Shown here: positions 41,101-49,173 of the stretch, in pieces
Numbering within the stretch: the stretch's first letter is position 1
How the letters are laid out: each line of letters starts with the position of its first letter
Source of the DNA: an uncultured Clostridia bacterium
Lineage (GTDB): Bacteria > Bacillota > Clostridia > Christensenellales > UBA1242
DNA: 64,000 nucleotides
Reading direction: 5' to 3'
Assembly: GCA_947053595.1 (NCBI GenBank)
Contig: CAMRSX010000007.1
Coordinates: forward strand, 7,526 to 71,525
Notes under the pieces: model-generated
Database searches by the model: none
What the model was told of the DNA's origin: nothing
What the model saw: the letters and a program-made list of their open reading frames with translations, nothing else
Position numbers and translations under genes: made by a program

Positions 41101-42002
41101 CTTTTTTCGCCCGTCATAACTTGCGTGTCGTTCATTCTGTTGACATTGGCATGGAAGGACAATGCGTTGTTTTCAATCAAAACATCATTCACCGTTCGTG
41201 CGCAAACAATGTTATAATTTTGGTCACAGACAATTTGAGCATAAACAAGGCTGCCCAACCTGATTCTCACATCATAGCCCGTTCTCACACCAAAGTTCTG
41301 GAAATATTTTTCATCATCTTCAAAAGGCTTAGATTCCGAAGTGTCCAGCTTGGCCGCCAGCGACTGAATGTCAATGTTTTCAAGGTCTTCAATGCCAATT
41401 GCTTTGGCAATGTCGTCCACAAAACTCAAATCAATGTCCAAAGCTTGGGCAACAAAACCCAAAATTTGCATCACGCCAACACTTTGCTTTGCTTCTTCTT
41501 CAGCTGCCTCTTTGGTTTTGCCTTGCTTCAGCGCGGCCTCTTCGTTTTTTGAATAACCAATGCCAGCAACAGATGTGATGTCAAACTTATATGTGTTTCC
41601 CTCAATGCTTAAAAACACATTTGGCACAACATAGGTTGCCAGCACATCATATGTTTTTTGATTATAGCCAAGTTTCAAATCCAGCAAAATCCCGCTTTGG
41701 TCATAAATCACCTTGCCATCCAACGAAAGGCTAACCTTCTTTTGTGCGTCAGTGAAGTTAAGTGCAATTTGCGCATCAATGTTTTGCAAGGACATCATGT
41801 TGATGACAAAGTCACCAAAAATGTTTTCTTCGCCAGCGGCTGCATCTTGATTTGGCGTTTCCGGAATTTGTGGAGATAGGTGTCCAACATATTCAATATA
41901 GCCAAAGAAAGCAAACAGCGTCACAAAGATGTAAACGGTGAAAACTCTAAACAATTTTGGGAAAAGTGTGTTTGGTTTTTTGATATGTCTTTCTTCCATC
42001 AC
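35166..42002 (-). CDS. giant hypothetical membrane-anchored protein (2278 aa)
   Basis: Uninterrupted ORF with an N-terminal anchor FRVFTVYIFVTLFAFFGYI. The rest is acidic, N/D/L/V-rich and beta-like with no recognisable motif. The start overlaps the stop of 41999-43042 (ATGA). Confidence 0.75.
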   Translation of the reverse strand: MMEERHIKKPNTLFPKLFRVFTVYIFVTLFAFFGYIEYVGHLSPQIPETPNQDAAAGEENIFGDFVINMMSLQNIDAQIALNFTDAQKKVSLSLDGKVIYDQSGILLDLKLGYNQKTYDVLATYVVPNVFLSIEGNTYKFDITSVAGIGYSKNEEAALKQGKTKEAAEEEAKQSVGVMQILGFVAQALDIDLSFVDDIAKAIGIEDLENIDIQSLAAKLDTSESKPFEDDEKYFQNFGVRTGYDVRIRLGSLVYAQIVCDQNYNIVCARTVNDVLIENNALSFHANVNRMNDTQVMTGEKSEVEVSYIPSGEEIDLSGIALYAGYAQKLFTNNKFVSADIALQVPMANKETLSLCGKVLFDFEDSIKVRFETDYAGLEIALTYCDETIYLQAGNLKLKLLVEDCKKWASEIDQIVEKHTNKTVAEIVKEIIARYANIDLDGKQILKSLLSGVSSEVSLKAYLPSSTLLQGNDFTMRWDVADLEGEELCIVLKQQDEMLESVLVSCDDVKVLLAFAPSDDGIVVEENFYDLISLLPLTSVLDEVLTTKKFGGKVVFSTQENQELAFDYVVNFNEREVRVGLYTTALKENLQIFVNHNFADTEGKADADILLALGELVVAGKLSEMESYAKRIQELFDLEVGSFGALNAECVMAFVKDVFDKVELVGGKDSLAVVKMLMEDGVAEVAKLSVENNTLKVDAQLANGLLNFTLHSCNDVVVLPQATQSFESVLNKVESAKTYFEGKQYAFNFGFEFNNISLSGTVKIDLTQNIFEIDVCKIGGNQLQIRCQNGWLFVNYGGRKLKLEADKASQLSEIILAVAADNFGFKAEALQEGAEDESLQEVEQLDAIRWLLDKIFGEDVSNLSALQLLEKLSVNIRNSSYALYANMFGLGVDILFNTQNPMSANVEVLFEEDVLHGFMLTLQNSATLVAEIVNFEMEAESEQEYYNLTSAHSGTAKMEVGYVEDGLTKTLELTFDIQLELTDKIYFSAKTVLFGEDVQLIVWDNVVCFQLGELFLKADLCNAKQLFEEILQVFNLEIPSSQFDKNAFLSLLKTLDLNAVDILKVFALEGNLLSVDGQKLQFNYVISDKLRIQVMLLDEQQILQEKLPEDAQDALLLLPKIKNLVDYVKAGVFEFDFTFAYNGWNVIDKQTEVGKFKYYNGEIEISCNNVCGEKFSVRVHEGLVYVAYGNMKIKTNISSSGKQVDVFETINNLTSGRFGFVVDFGVFNQLLDIAENYTLSDCFDKLVLQFSGNFEKLSISLFNNSGMLSTKLGSIEVAFAEDKLDVIDVNLLGGISSNLKVNHVQNSTISQFDAEEFEDYSQNIIDGMIDSLQVQEDVYAFTSDIAVRYSTTTFYGKLTVMVVKNTDKATGSVSYTPAVLLHTTSLGLSTYVYIIENNLYIDINGLQLVADLSQNTIQEVMDFVNNNLGQLLKTDKNAQVTLAKAGQDFANTAAVLDTTMQMFKVLLPALDRIYGSWLENGLQICLGNFVERNQIVSHKQVADEATGEMKTVEVFSNNIEDFGGEANVLKYGENSWFYNIFAQLLIENYKNTILPTKLVIGANIHDANTVLYENYEEYKLADEESSTLNRNLAIYLSNINVGEFVMGLDRTFFSDVAGFKQISAVASNMSEVSEVKTWISAEDGLEVSQNVTKLEDFTSYKTLLDATKAVLEYALLEDEEDGYAYKVALDGSISNKTTSHTTKIAGDVALQLKDLPKDENGNPILSESGLDLFEGKQLNVQGSFGIKTGTTPDASDVEHLIDLLYQSNGYGLYFTYTHSNYADDTDKGDENGTNNIGSNYFRAKLSNSNMTDIISLIVGATGMKLGDKLSGGLRLYETLTDFSFIRKLLGADEGADIGDTISKVDGLLSSAENITKMIKQISLLQTEEEIALMLKLDVAANDAQNAGKDIATIKLIVRGTMTDEGMKYSLSKLVIENLVMQDNVINFTISFNQFTSETEFDYDTSVQHFDFNNLPKFTDTAVNTANQKNFNFQGTVGVDIINSIKFKIALDLLASISDEGELQLYAQLDIKYEGWLSFAVGLLLDKTYDTRTVVLEYKDGALGMKAFNYTTEGLFSKWTKVEKVVDKTYHSGEISTSINQIIQDIMGLNKTGMETIDKIIASINAHPTIERVLLDFNELLDDNLAPVGYKMKVSGSNLMGTTATDMDVVLGTVSAQGKHLTSANQLVDKNYGFIDSLATSVKIMDAVTLDIDIHSVEGESYTTKAGAVVTSKGGTPGEAFGGKLIFTNGHFRAAYMQSYIDKYDAYLNSLQEQFEVLAA

Positions 42003-43042
42003 GCCCTCCCATAACTTTCTTTAAAGTCAGAAAAAGAGTGCAACAGAATGTCGGCTTTGTCAAAATAGAAAAAGTCTTCAAATTCGTTTTTGCATTCAGC
42101 CTTTCCAAGCACTGGAATTGCGCTGCTGCCAAGGGTGTATTCTTCAACATATTTAACATTTCTAAAGTTGAAGTTTTCGTCAATTGTGACAGCAATCTCA
42201 ACTTGCTTCCAAGAAACGCCCTCATTTTTCTTAAGTGGACTTGCCTCTCTTTCATTAGGAACAGAAAATGCATAGTCAAAATATCCAGAAGTGTACATGG
42301 TTTCCCAGGTGTAAAACAGTGCCGCTTTGCTTAAATGCTCTCCACTCAAATTCAGTGTGAAAGAATATGTGCCGTCCTCATTTTTTGAAACAGCAGACGC
42401 AGCAGAAGCCGGACATGTTTTGCTGGAAATGATGTATGGCATTATGGATGTGTTTGGCATGGTTTTAAAATCAGAAACATATTGTTTTTTTGTGTAATCA
42501 GTTTGCTCAATCACATCGTTCAAAATTGCATCCAGTGTGTCTTTTGAAGAAGTGTCCAAAAAGCATTTTTCGCTTCCCTTTGTCAGGCTAACCTTGTTTG
42601 GATTTTTATAGTTGAAATAAAACTTGCTGCAAAGGTTTGGCGTGGAAAGATTTGCAAAAACTTTTTTTGCAGGGCTGAGTTTATAGAAAAACAATTCGTC
42701 TTCCATTCTGATTCTTTGCGTCCTAAGGTTGACAATCTGCCCAGTGGAGTTGGTTATGCCAAACATCTCTCTCATAAAGTTGGAAGAATTGTTAAGTTGG
42801 TTTTCAGCAATTTGAAACAACTGCACTCCATCAAAAGCTTCCACACCTTCGCCGCTGTTCACGCGCGAAAGCAAGGCGTTGATGATTTTTTCATCATCCC
42901 TAAGCGCCTCTTCAGTTTCCGTCACCACGTCCATTGCAACAGCTGTTGAGTCAATAAAAATTTTTCCAATGGAAAAGCCACTGACCACAGCAACAGCCAG
43001 CACCAAAACAAATGCAAAAACTTTTTTATATTTAAATGCCAT
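41999..43042 (-). CDS. hypothetical membrane-anchored protein (347 aa), first gene of the giant-ORF operon
   Basis: MAFKYKKVFAFVLVLAVAVVSGF N-terminal anchor. Translationally coupled to the 2278-aa ORF. Confidence 0.6.
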   Translation of the reverse strand: MAFKYKKVFAFVLVLAVAVVSGFSIGKIFIDSTAVAMDVVTETEEALRDDEKIINALLSRVNSGEGVEAFDGVQLFQIAENQLNNSSNFMREMFGITNSTGQIVNLRTQRIRMEDELFFYKLSPAKKVFANLSTPNLCSKFYFNYKNPNKVSLTKGSEKCFLDTSSKDTLDAILNDVIEQTDYTKKQYVSDFKTMPNTSIMPYIISSKTCPASAASAVSKNEDGTYSFTLNLSGEHLSKAALFYTWETMYTSGYFDYAFSVPNEREASPLKKNEGVSWKQVEIAVTIDENFNFRNVKYVEEYTLGSSAIPVLGKAECKNEFEDFFYFDKADILLHSFSDFKESYGRA

Positions 43043-43182
43043 TGGCAACCCCAATTTGTGTCTTAAGAATAAGAAATTTAAAAGTCAAAGACTGAAGAAT
43101 CAACAAGGCAAAGCCCTCTCATTTTCTTTTGCAGTTTTTGATTGTCAAGCAACATAAAAAAGGCGCAAAATTTCTTATATAC

Positions 43183-43211
43183 ATAATATCACAAACCCAC
43201 TTTAAAGTCAA
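43183..43211 (-). promoter_or_regulatory. promoter of the 347-aa/2278-aa operon
   Basis: Minus strand: TTGACT, 17 nt (ending TGTGA), TATTAT. This leaves a ~130-nt leader. Confidence 0.55.
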
Positions 43212-43295
43212 CGAAAAATAATTAAATATTTTTAAATATTTTATGCGTCAACTTTTCACTTTAAAACCATGGTGGCACTTTGCTTAAAAAAGCGC

Positions 43296-44546
43296 TTATT
43301 TTGCCCTAAGCACCGCAACAGTTTCCAGTTTGCAAGTGCATGGAAACATATCAAAAATCACCACTTTTTCAATGCAAAATTTGGTGCACAAAAACTTCAA
43401 ATCCCGCGTCAGGGTGGAGAAATTGCAAGACACATAAACAACTGTCTTGACGCCGCAATCCAGCAGCAAATCCAACACCTTGCCTTTGCACCCTTCTCTT
43501 GCTGGGTCCAGCACCACAACATCAATAAAATCCCTAAGAAAAATGCTTGGGAGTTCCTCTTCCACTTTGCCGCAAACATTGTGCACATTGTTCAAGTTTT
43601 CCATCAAAGCCGCCGCCCTTTGGTGCGCAGACTTTTGCCATTCAATTCCATAAACAAACTTGGCTTTTTCAGCAATCAAACGCGTCAAAACACCCTGCCC
43701 AGAATATGCGTTCACCACCCGCTTTTGCTGAGTGTGCTGCAAGACAAAGTCATAGAGTTTTTTCGCCATTTCATCGTTAATTTGGTTGAATGCAGACACA
43801 TCTGTTTCCGCCTCAAAGCCAGCATAAGTTTTGCAAAACTTCTTTTTTCCACTCAGCCAAAAAAGCTGAGTTTCGTTGCTTTCCAAAACCTCTCCAAATG
43901 CAAAAAACACCGAAAACCCTTCCAAAAGCTGCAAGTTTTTCACATTTTTAAGCACTTTTTGCGCATTTTTGTCAAAAAGGAAGCAAATTGCAACATCAGC
44001 TTCAATTTTTTTGACATAAACACTTTGCAACTGTTTAAAGTTGTTTTCTCTCAAAAAACTTTCAATTTTTGGCAACGCTTCCAGCAATTTTTCATCCGCA
44101 ATTGGGCAAGCTTTCACCTCAAAAAACTGTCTGGATTTTTGCTTAAAATAGCCCAACTTTCCGTCACGCACTTCCAGCTTAATCTTGTTGCGATAAGCAA
44201 ATCTGTTGCCCGATTTTTCAAAGCCAATCTCCCCAAAAAATTCAACTTTTGCAAGCTCTTTTTTCAGCATGTCAAGCTTAAGACTCTTTTCATATTCATA
44301 GTCACAATGCAAAAAAGCACACCCTCCACACTCTTCAAAATGAGGGCATTCCGCTTCAATTCTTTGCTTACTGCGCTTTTCAATTTCAACTGCTTTTCCA
44401 AGCAAAAAGCTGCTTGAGTTTTTGGTTATTTCCACCAAAACAACCTCGTCTGGCAAAGTTTTTGGCACAAAAATAACTTTTCCATTCACCTTTCCAACGC
44501 CCGAGCCTTCGTAAGTCACATCAAAAATTTCCACTTTTTCTTTCAT
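43296..44546 (-). CDS. rlmD: 23S rRNA (uracil-C5)-methyltransferase, RlmD/RumA family
   Basis: TRAM-like N-terminus, an Fe-S Cys cluster (CPHFEECGGCAFLHC), DPAREGC and the VYVSCN catalytic Cys motif. The first ATG (44546) is 7 nt after TGTGATATTAT. Confidence 0.8.
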   Translation of the reverse strand: MKEKVEIFDVTYEGSGVGKVNGKVIFVPKTLPDEVVLVEITKNSSSFLLGKAVEIEKRSKQRIEAECPHFEECGGCAFLHCDYEYEKSLKLDMLKKELAKVEFFGEIGFEKSGNRFAYRNKIKLEVRDGKLGYFKQKSRQFFEVKACPIADEKLLEALPKIESFLRENNFKQLQSVYVKKIEADVAICFLFDKNAQKVLKNVKNLQLLEGFSVFFAFGEVLESNETQLFWLSGKKKFCKTYAGFEAETDVSAFNQINDEMAKKLYDFVLQHTQQKRVVNAYSGQGVLTRLIAEKAKFVYGIEWQKSAHQRAAALMENLNNVHNVCGKVEEELPSIFLRDFIDVVVLDPAREGCKGKVLDLLLDCGVKTVVYVSCNFSTLTRDLKFLCTKFCIEKVVIFDMFPCTCKLETVAVLRAK

Positions 44547-44570
44547 AATATGAATAATATCACAAAACAA

Positions 44571-44600
44571 AAAATATACAAAACTGATTTTGTATATTTT
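44571..44600 (-). terminator. intrinsic terminator
   Basis: Perfect 13-bp stem AAAATATACAAAA / TTTTGTATATTTT with a 4-nt loop, then a T-run on the minus strand. Confidence 0.65.
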
Positions 44601-45485
44601 TCATTCAACCACAACTTCAATCTGTCCAACAGTTTTGCCATTGTGTTGTATGTAAATTCTTCCTGCGCTGCGTGCCACAACTTGCCACATCCCGCCGCCT
44701 AGTTCAGATTCACTCAACTCAATCCCTTCGCCACTCAGCGTTATCCCCGCAACTTCACTTTCAATCACAAGCACAAAGTGCGCCTTCTTGCCAGCCTTAA
44801 CCACCAACACTTTCCCTTCCGCTTTGCAGCCAAACTCGGCGCAAAGCAAAAACTCCAATTCTTTCATCTCTTCACTTGGCTTCTCTCCATCCGGCAGCTC
44901 TGTTTCAGAATCTTCTTCTGTGTCGCCTTCATCTGGCTTATCTGGGGTTTCAGGCTTCTCCGCTTCATCTGGCTTGGTGCCATCTGGCTTATCTGCTTCA
45001 TCCGGTTTGTCCGTTTCATCTGGCTTTGGGTTGTCGGTGGCATTGGAATTATCAGAACCGTTTGGCGTGCTTGGTTTGTCTGGGGTGCTTGGATTGTTGT
45101 CCTCCGCTGGCGGATTTTCCTCGTCTTCCAAATCTGGAGGAAGCGTGCATTCGCGCTGCTTAATCAAAACAGCCACTTCACACTCTGCGCTCTCGCCATT
45201 CAAGCTTGCCTTCAGTTTCAATGTTGTTTCACCCGCCTTCAATGCCGAAAGTTTGAAGTTGACAATTTTTAACACATTGTCATCTTTCACTTCAAAGCGC
45301 ACAATGGCAAACGGCTTTGAAACTTCATATTTCAACTCCACCTCTTCGTCTTCTGTCATTTCCACATTGCCAGCTGTGATTGTCAACTTTGCATCTGCTG
45401 GCAAAAATATAAGCAGCAGCGCTGCCGCTGCCACAACCACTGCCAAAATTGGCAGACAAATCCAAACATACTTTTTAAAACTCAT
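44601..45485 (-). CDS. membrane-anchored surface protein with Ig-like (Big_2-like) fold segments and a P/D/E/K-rich linker (294 aa)
   Basis: N-terminal anchor WICLPILAVVVAAAALLLIFL, then KLSALKAGETTLKLKASLNGESAECEVAV, and the low-complexity stretch PDKPSTP..PDETDKPDEADKPDGTKPDEAEKPETPDKPDEGD. Confidence 0.55.
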   Translation of the reverse strand: MSFKKYVWICLPILAVVVAAAALLLIFLPADAKLTITAGNVEMTEDEEVELKYEVSKPFAIVRFEVKDDNVLKIVNFKLSALKAGETTLKLKASLNGESAECEVAVLIKQRECTLPPDLEDEENPPAEDNNPSTPDKPSTPNGSDNSNATDNPKPDETDKPDEADKPDGTKPDEAEKPETPDKPDEGDTEEDSETELPDGEKPSEEMKELEFLLCAEFGCKAEGKVLVVKAGKKAHFVLVIESEVAGITLSGEGIELSESELGGGMWQVVARSAGRIYIQHNGKTVGQIEVVVE

Positions 45486-45585
45486 GTGACGATTATATCA
45501 CAATTCTGTCGAATTCTACTAATATTTTCAAACAAAATTGTTCAAATTTTTTCAAATTTTTATTTTGATTGACATAAAATAAAAG

Positions 45586-45613
45586 AAAAATCACCAATTT
45601 TTGGTGATTTTTC
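45586..45613. terminator. hairpin terminator downstream of tRNA-Leu(CAG)
   Basis: ATCACCAA / TTGGTGAT stem flanked by A- and T-runs. Confidence 0.5.
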
Positions 45614-45694
45614 AAAAATTTGCATTTTTCCTGCTTGCTTACTCAAGCAAACTTAAAAGCAAAACCAGCACAAAACTTGATTTTTGTGGTGTTT

Positions 45695-45780
45695 TGGTGC
45701 GGATGGAGAGGGTCGAACTCTCACAGTGTTGCCACCACTGGCACCTGAAGCCAGCGCGTCTGCCATTCCGCCACATCCGC
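45695..45780 (-). tRNA. tRNA-Leu (CAG)
   Basis: GCGGATGTGGCGGAATGGCAGACGCGCTGGCTTCAGGTGCCAG...GAGAGTTCGACCCTCTCCATCCGCACCA. Long variable arm, anticodon loop TTCAGGT. Confidence 0.9.
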
Positions 45781-45792
45781 ATGACATAAACA

Positions 45793-45821
45793 ATAATAGC
45801 GCATTTTAAAACTTTTGTCAA
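45793..45821 (-). promoter_or_regulatory. tRNA-Leu(CAG) promoter
   Basis: Minus strand: TTGACA, 17 nt, TATTAT, then 12 nt to the tRNA 5' end. Confidence 0.6.
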
Positions 45822-45846
45822 TGTTTTTAAGGCTTTTGCAGGCAAT

Positions 45847-45883
45847 AAAAAAGCAAGTTTTTTTTCAAACTTGCTTTTTTTGC
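45847..45883. terminator. bidirectional terminator
   Basis: GCAAGTTT / AAACTTGC stem with flanking A- and T-runs, downstream of the 995-aa ORF. Confidence 0.6.
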
Positions 45884-45902
45884 TGTTTTTTTGTTTGCGA
45901 TG

Positions 45903-48890
45903 TTACAAATCTCTTCCCTCGTCCTTATTGCCATAAACAACGCCTTCCATCACTGTCTTGCTTTCAGATTTAACTGTTGTATAACCCTCAAAGTCACCAA
46001 ACAATGCAGCCGCAACAACATAATTTGATTTTGTAACCGAGCCTGTGTTGTTTTTCACGTTAACTTCGTCACTTACCGCGCCAAAACCACCGCTCGTTTT
46101 TGTTCCTGCAAATGTGAATGTGACAGTTGCGTTTTTGCCGCTTTTTTCCACTTCAGCAAAAATTTTCATATCATCATTAAACCCATACTTCTTTGCAAAC
46201 TCTTTTTTAATTGCATTGATATTGTCTTCAGAAATTGAATTTTCAGGCAAGTTTTTCAAAGCAGTTTCAAGGTTTTGCCCTTTAATGCCACAACTTGCTT
46301 GCTCCATGTGCATGTCAACAGTGGAAGCGTTCACGCCAAGAGGTTTTCCATTCCAATCAATGTCAGCCAGCTCAATTGTGTAAAGGTTGCCATTTGCAAA
46401 TGCATAAATAACCTTTTCTCCCTCAGTGTAAACAAGATTGGTGTTGTCTGTTGCCACATTTTGTGCAGAATTGTTGATGTCGTTCTTCTTGATGAAGTCA
46501 ACAATTTTTTGTTCCCACATGGAATTATCTTTAACAACATCATTCACATTGTTCACTGTCATGTCTGGTCCAATGGTTGTTGTGGTGTATTCGTTTGCAG
46601 CAAGCGCAAGCATAAACTCATCACCAAGCCCATTTTCTGCGTCAAGCACAATTGCATTGTTGTTGACATCCAAAATCTGGTTGTTTGAATTTGTTTTAAG
46701 AGTGAAATTGTAAATTGTTTCTTCGCCTGTTGCTTTCAATGTTTTGTTTTCCAAAGCAAGTTCAAGGTCTTCCTCTGTTTTTGCCACAGCCTGAACAGCT
46801 GCCAAAACATCGTCTTTAAGCAAATTGTCATTAAGTGCTGCACCAAATTCATCCAAAGTGAAATAAACAGCCTTTTCTTCCTTAACTGGAGTTTTTGCAG
46901 CGCCAACAACAACGCTCCAAACTGATGTGACATCTTCTTTAATAACACTGCCATTTTTGTCCACAAAAGCGCCAGCATCATTTTTTGTGAGTGGCAAAAT
47001 CCAGCTTAAATCTTCTGAAACTTTTGCAGTTATGCTTGCTTCTCCATCAATGTCTGCAGCAGAAAGTGAAACAAAGTCATTTTTCTCGCCAGTTTTTTCT
47101 TTAATTGCATTTGCCCATTCAGTTTCATTTTTGTTCAAAGATTTGGAAATAAAACCAATGTCAATGTTTTTTGCTTCAACAGGTGCTTTGTGAAGTGGAG
47201 AATTTTCGTTATCCAAAGCTTCTTTCATATATGAATTTTCATAAATAGTTGTATAATCTTCTGCCTGCTCTGCAGTCATGCCTTGCGCCACCAAATCCTC
47301 AATGTTTTTCTCTCTTGCTGTTTTTCCATCTCTTGCAGAATTTTCAAAACCCCAAGGATAAACAATCACAAGTTTGCCATCTTTAACAAAAGACTTTCCA
47401 TCTTTGTCAACTTCAATCAGCTCTTGCATAACCGCTTGCCCAAGAGGAGCAGCTTCTTCTTCAATTCTAACTTCGCTTGCCCCAAAATTGGTTGCTGCAG
47501 TCCAGTCACCCTGTCTCCAACGTCCACGCAAAGCATTGTTTGTGTAAGGTTCAGGCATTTGAAAAACATAATCTCCGCCAACTGGAATGTTGTTTTCATA
47601 TTTCAACAAAGAATCGTCTTCTTTATAATTGTTGACAACCTTCTTTGCTTCTGCTCTTCCATATTCTTTTGCATCATCAGTGCGGTCAACATATGTCAAA
47701 GCAGCTCCAGTATGTCCAACAACAATCAGCCCTGCAACAACAGCAGATGCAATTGTAAAAGCTTTTTTATGTTCTTTGACAAAAGCTTTAACTGATTTAT
47801 TTGAAGACAAAACTTCATCTTCTTCTGTCACTTCTTCTGCGGCTGGTTGTTCTTCTTGTTCTGCAATAGTTTCAACAACTGGCTCAGTTTTTTCATTTGC
47901 TTTATTCAAAGCATCAAAGTCCTCTTCGGCCAATTTAAGAGCATATTTATACTCTTCACTATCTTCGCCTCCAATTTCGTCAATCATTTTGCGCTCAGCT
48001 TCATCAAACTTAATTTTTGCTGCTTCCCATGATTCATCATTCATATCTTTTCCTGCAACTTTGAGACAATCAACCTCAGCTGAAACAAATTCCTCAAAAA
48101 TGCTGGCTTTGGCTTTCAATTCATCAAGCTCTTCTTTTTTAAGACCTGACAATCTTTCAGCAATAGAATTAGACGTTTCTTCTCCGCCTTCAACACCAAG
48201 GTTCTCATTTGTTTTTTTGATACTTCTTGAATATTTAACATAATCAATAATACCCACAGACTCAACATCTTCAGAGACTGGTCCTTGCAGTGCCTCTTCC
48301 TCAACCGGTTCCTCCGATGTCAATTCTGTTTCTGATTCAGCGTTAAGAGCATCAGCGTCAACATATTTGCCTGAATAAACGGCACTGTGTTCTGCTGTCT
48401 CTTCTGAAATTGGTGTTTCAACAGGTTTTTCAGTTTCTTCTTCAAAAGCAGGTTCTTCCAGCTCTGCATCAAACTCTGGGTCTTCTGCATATTCTTCTGT
48501 ATTTTCAGCAACAGACTCGCCTTCAGCCATTGTTCCTGCAATAAGTGCATCTTCTCCCATCACTTCTTCTGCGGCTGGTTGTCCTGCAACAGCTTCATCA
48601 TCTTCCTTCACAAGAATGGAGTCGAGCATATTTTTATAGTCAGAAGCATTTTCTCTGTCATAAACATACCTTTCAATTTTAAAACCATCTTCAATAACAG
48701 ACACATTGTTCACTTTGCGAGGTCTTTGTTTTTCGTCTTTAATCCAAACACCATAGAGAGAACTGCCGTTAAACTGAGCCTCCTTGTCTTCAACAATATA
48801 TACAACAGCCTTTTTGTTGTTCATAACAACTGCTTTTGCTTTTCCATCCACAACAAGTTGTTGCAAAGTCTGAAGTTGATTCATTTTCAT
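45903..48890 (-). CDS. large hypothetical bitopic membrane protein (995 aa)
   Basis: GGAGGTG RBS. ~380-aa acidic N-terminal part, one TM (FTIASAVVAGLIVVGHTGAALTYV), and a ~590-aa C-terminal part. No motif recognised. Confidence 0.7.
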   Translation of the reverse strand: MKMNQLQTLQQLVVDGKAKAVVMNNKKAVVYIVEDKEAQFNGSSLYGVWIKDEKQRPRKVNNVSVIEDGFKIERYVYDRENASDYKNMLDSILVKEDDEAVAGQPAAEEVMGEDALIAGTMAEGESVAENTEEYAEDPEFDAELEEPAFEEETEKPVETPISEETAEHSAVYSGKYVDADALNAESETELTSEEPVEEEALQGPVSEDVESVGIIDYVKYSRSIKKTNENLGVEGGEETSNSIAERLSGLKKEELDELKAKASIFEEFVSAEVDCLKVAGKDMNDESWEAAKIKFDEAERKMIDEIGGEDSEEYKYALKLAEEDFDALNKANEKTEPVVETIAEQEEQPAAEEVTEEDEVLSSNKSVKAFVKEHKKAFTIASAVVAGLIVVGHTGAALTYVDRTDDAKEYGRAEAKKVVNNYKEDDSLLKYENNIPVGGDYVFQMPEPYTNNALRGRWRQGDWTAATNFGASEVRIEEEAAPLGQAVMQELIEVDKDGKSFVKDGKLVIVYPWGFENSARDGKTAREKNIEDLVAQGMTAEQAEDYTTIYENSYMKEALDNENSPLHKAPVEAKNIDIGFISKSLNKNETEWANAIKEKTGEKNDFVSLSAADIDGEASITAKVSEDLSWILPLTKNDAGAFVDKNGSVIKEDVTSVWSVVVGAAKTPVKEEKAVYFTLDEFGAALNDNLLKDDVLAAVQAVAKTEEDLELALENKTLKATGEETIYNFTLKTNSNNQILDVNNNAIVLDAENGLGDEFMLALAANEYTTTTIGPDMTVNNVNDVVKDNSMWEQKIVDFIKKNDINNSAQNVATDNTNLVYTEGEKVIYAFANGNLYTIELADIDWNGKPLGVNASTVDMHMEQASCGIKGQNLETALKNLPENSISEDNINAIKKEFAKKYGFNDDMKIFAEVEKSGKNATVTFTFAGTKTSGGFGAVSDEVNVKNNTGSVTKSNYVVAAALFGDFEGYTTVKSESKTVMEGVVYGNKDEGRDL

Positions 48891-48919
48891 ACCTAAACAC
48901 CTCCGTTTATGTTGCTTTT

Positions 48920-48948
48920 ATTATAACTCAATTTTGCCGCGCTGTCAA
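48920..48948 (-). promoter_or_regulatory. consensus promoter of the 995-aa ORF
   Basis: Minus strand: TTGACA, 17 nt, TATAAT. Confidence 0.65.
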
Positions 48949-49173
48949 TACTCTTTTTGTAAAAATGTTCGTTTTTTGACGCTTTTCAATGAAAAAATAG
49001 AGTAAATCGCGCTGTACAAACGTTATTACTCTATTTATATTATGTCTTTTTGCACATTAAATTAACCATTTTTGTGGTGTGTTGCACAATTTTCTGGCTT
49101 TTGCAAAGCTTTTGAGTGCCATTTTTCGACAAACGCCCTCTTTTTTCGCCTTTTGGACGGTTTTTGAAGCATT

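Noticed and set aside
36151-41552. Multiple 60-340-aa plus-strand ORFs inside 35166-42002
   Set aside because: All are antisense to the uninterrupted 2278-aa ORF, and none has an RBS or motif.
43269-44417. 382-aa ORF on the plus strand
   Set aside because: It is antisense to the RlmD/RumA-family gene, which has clear SAM-MTase and Fe-S motifs.
44788-45489. 233-aa Ser-rich ORF on the plus strand
   Set aside because: It is the antisense shadow of the P/D/E/K-rich linker region of the Ig-like protein gene.
45507-45513. Spo0A 0A boxes (TGTCGAA here; TTCGACA at about 49124 and 61480)
   Set aside because: A 7-mer is expected about 8 times in 64 kb on both strands. The occurrences are scattered and one is inside a CDS.
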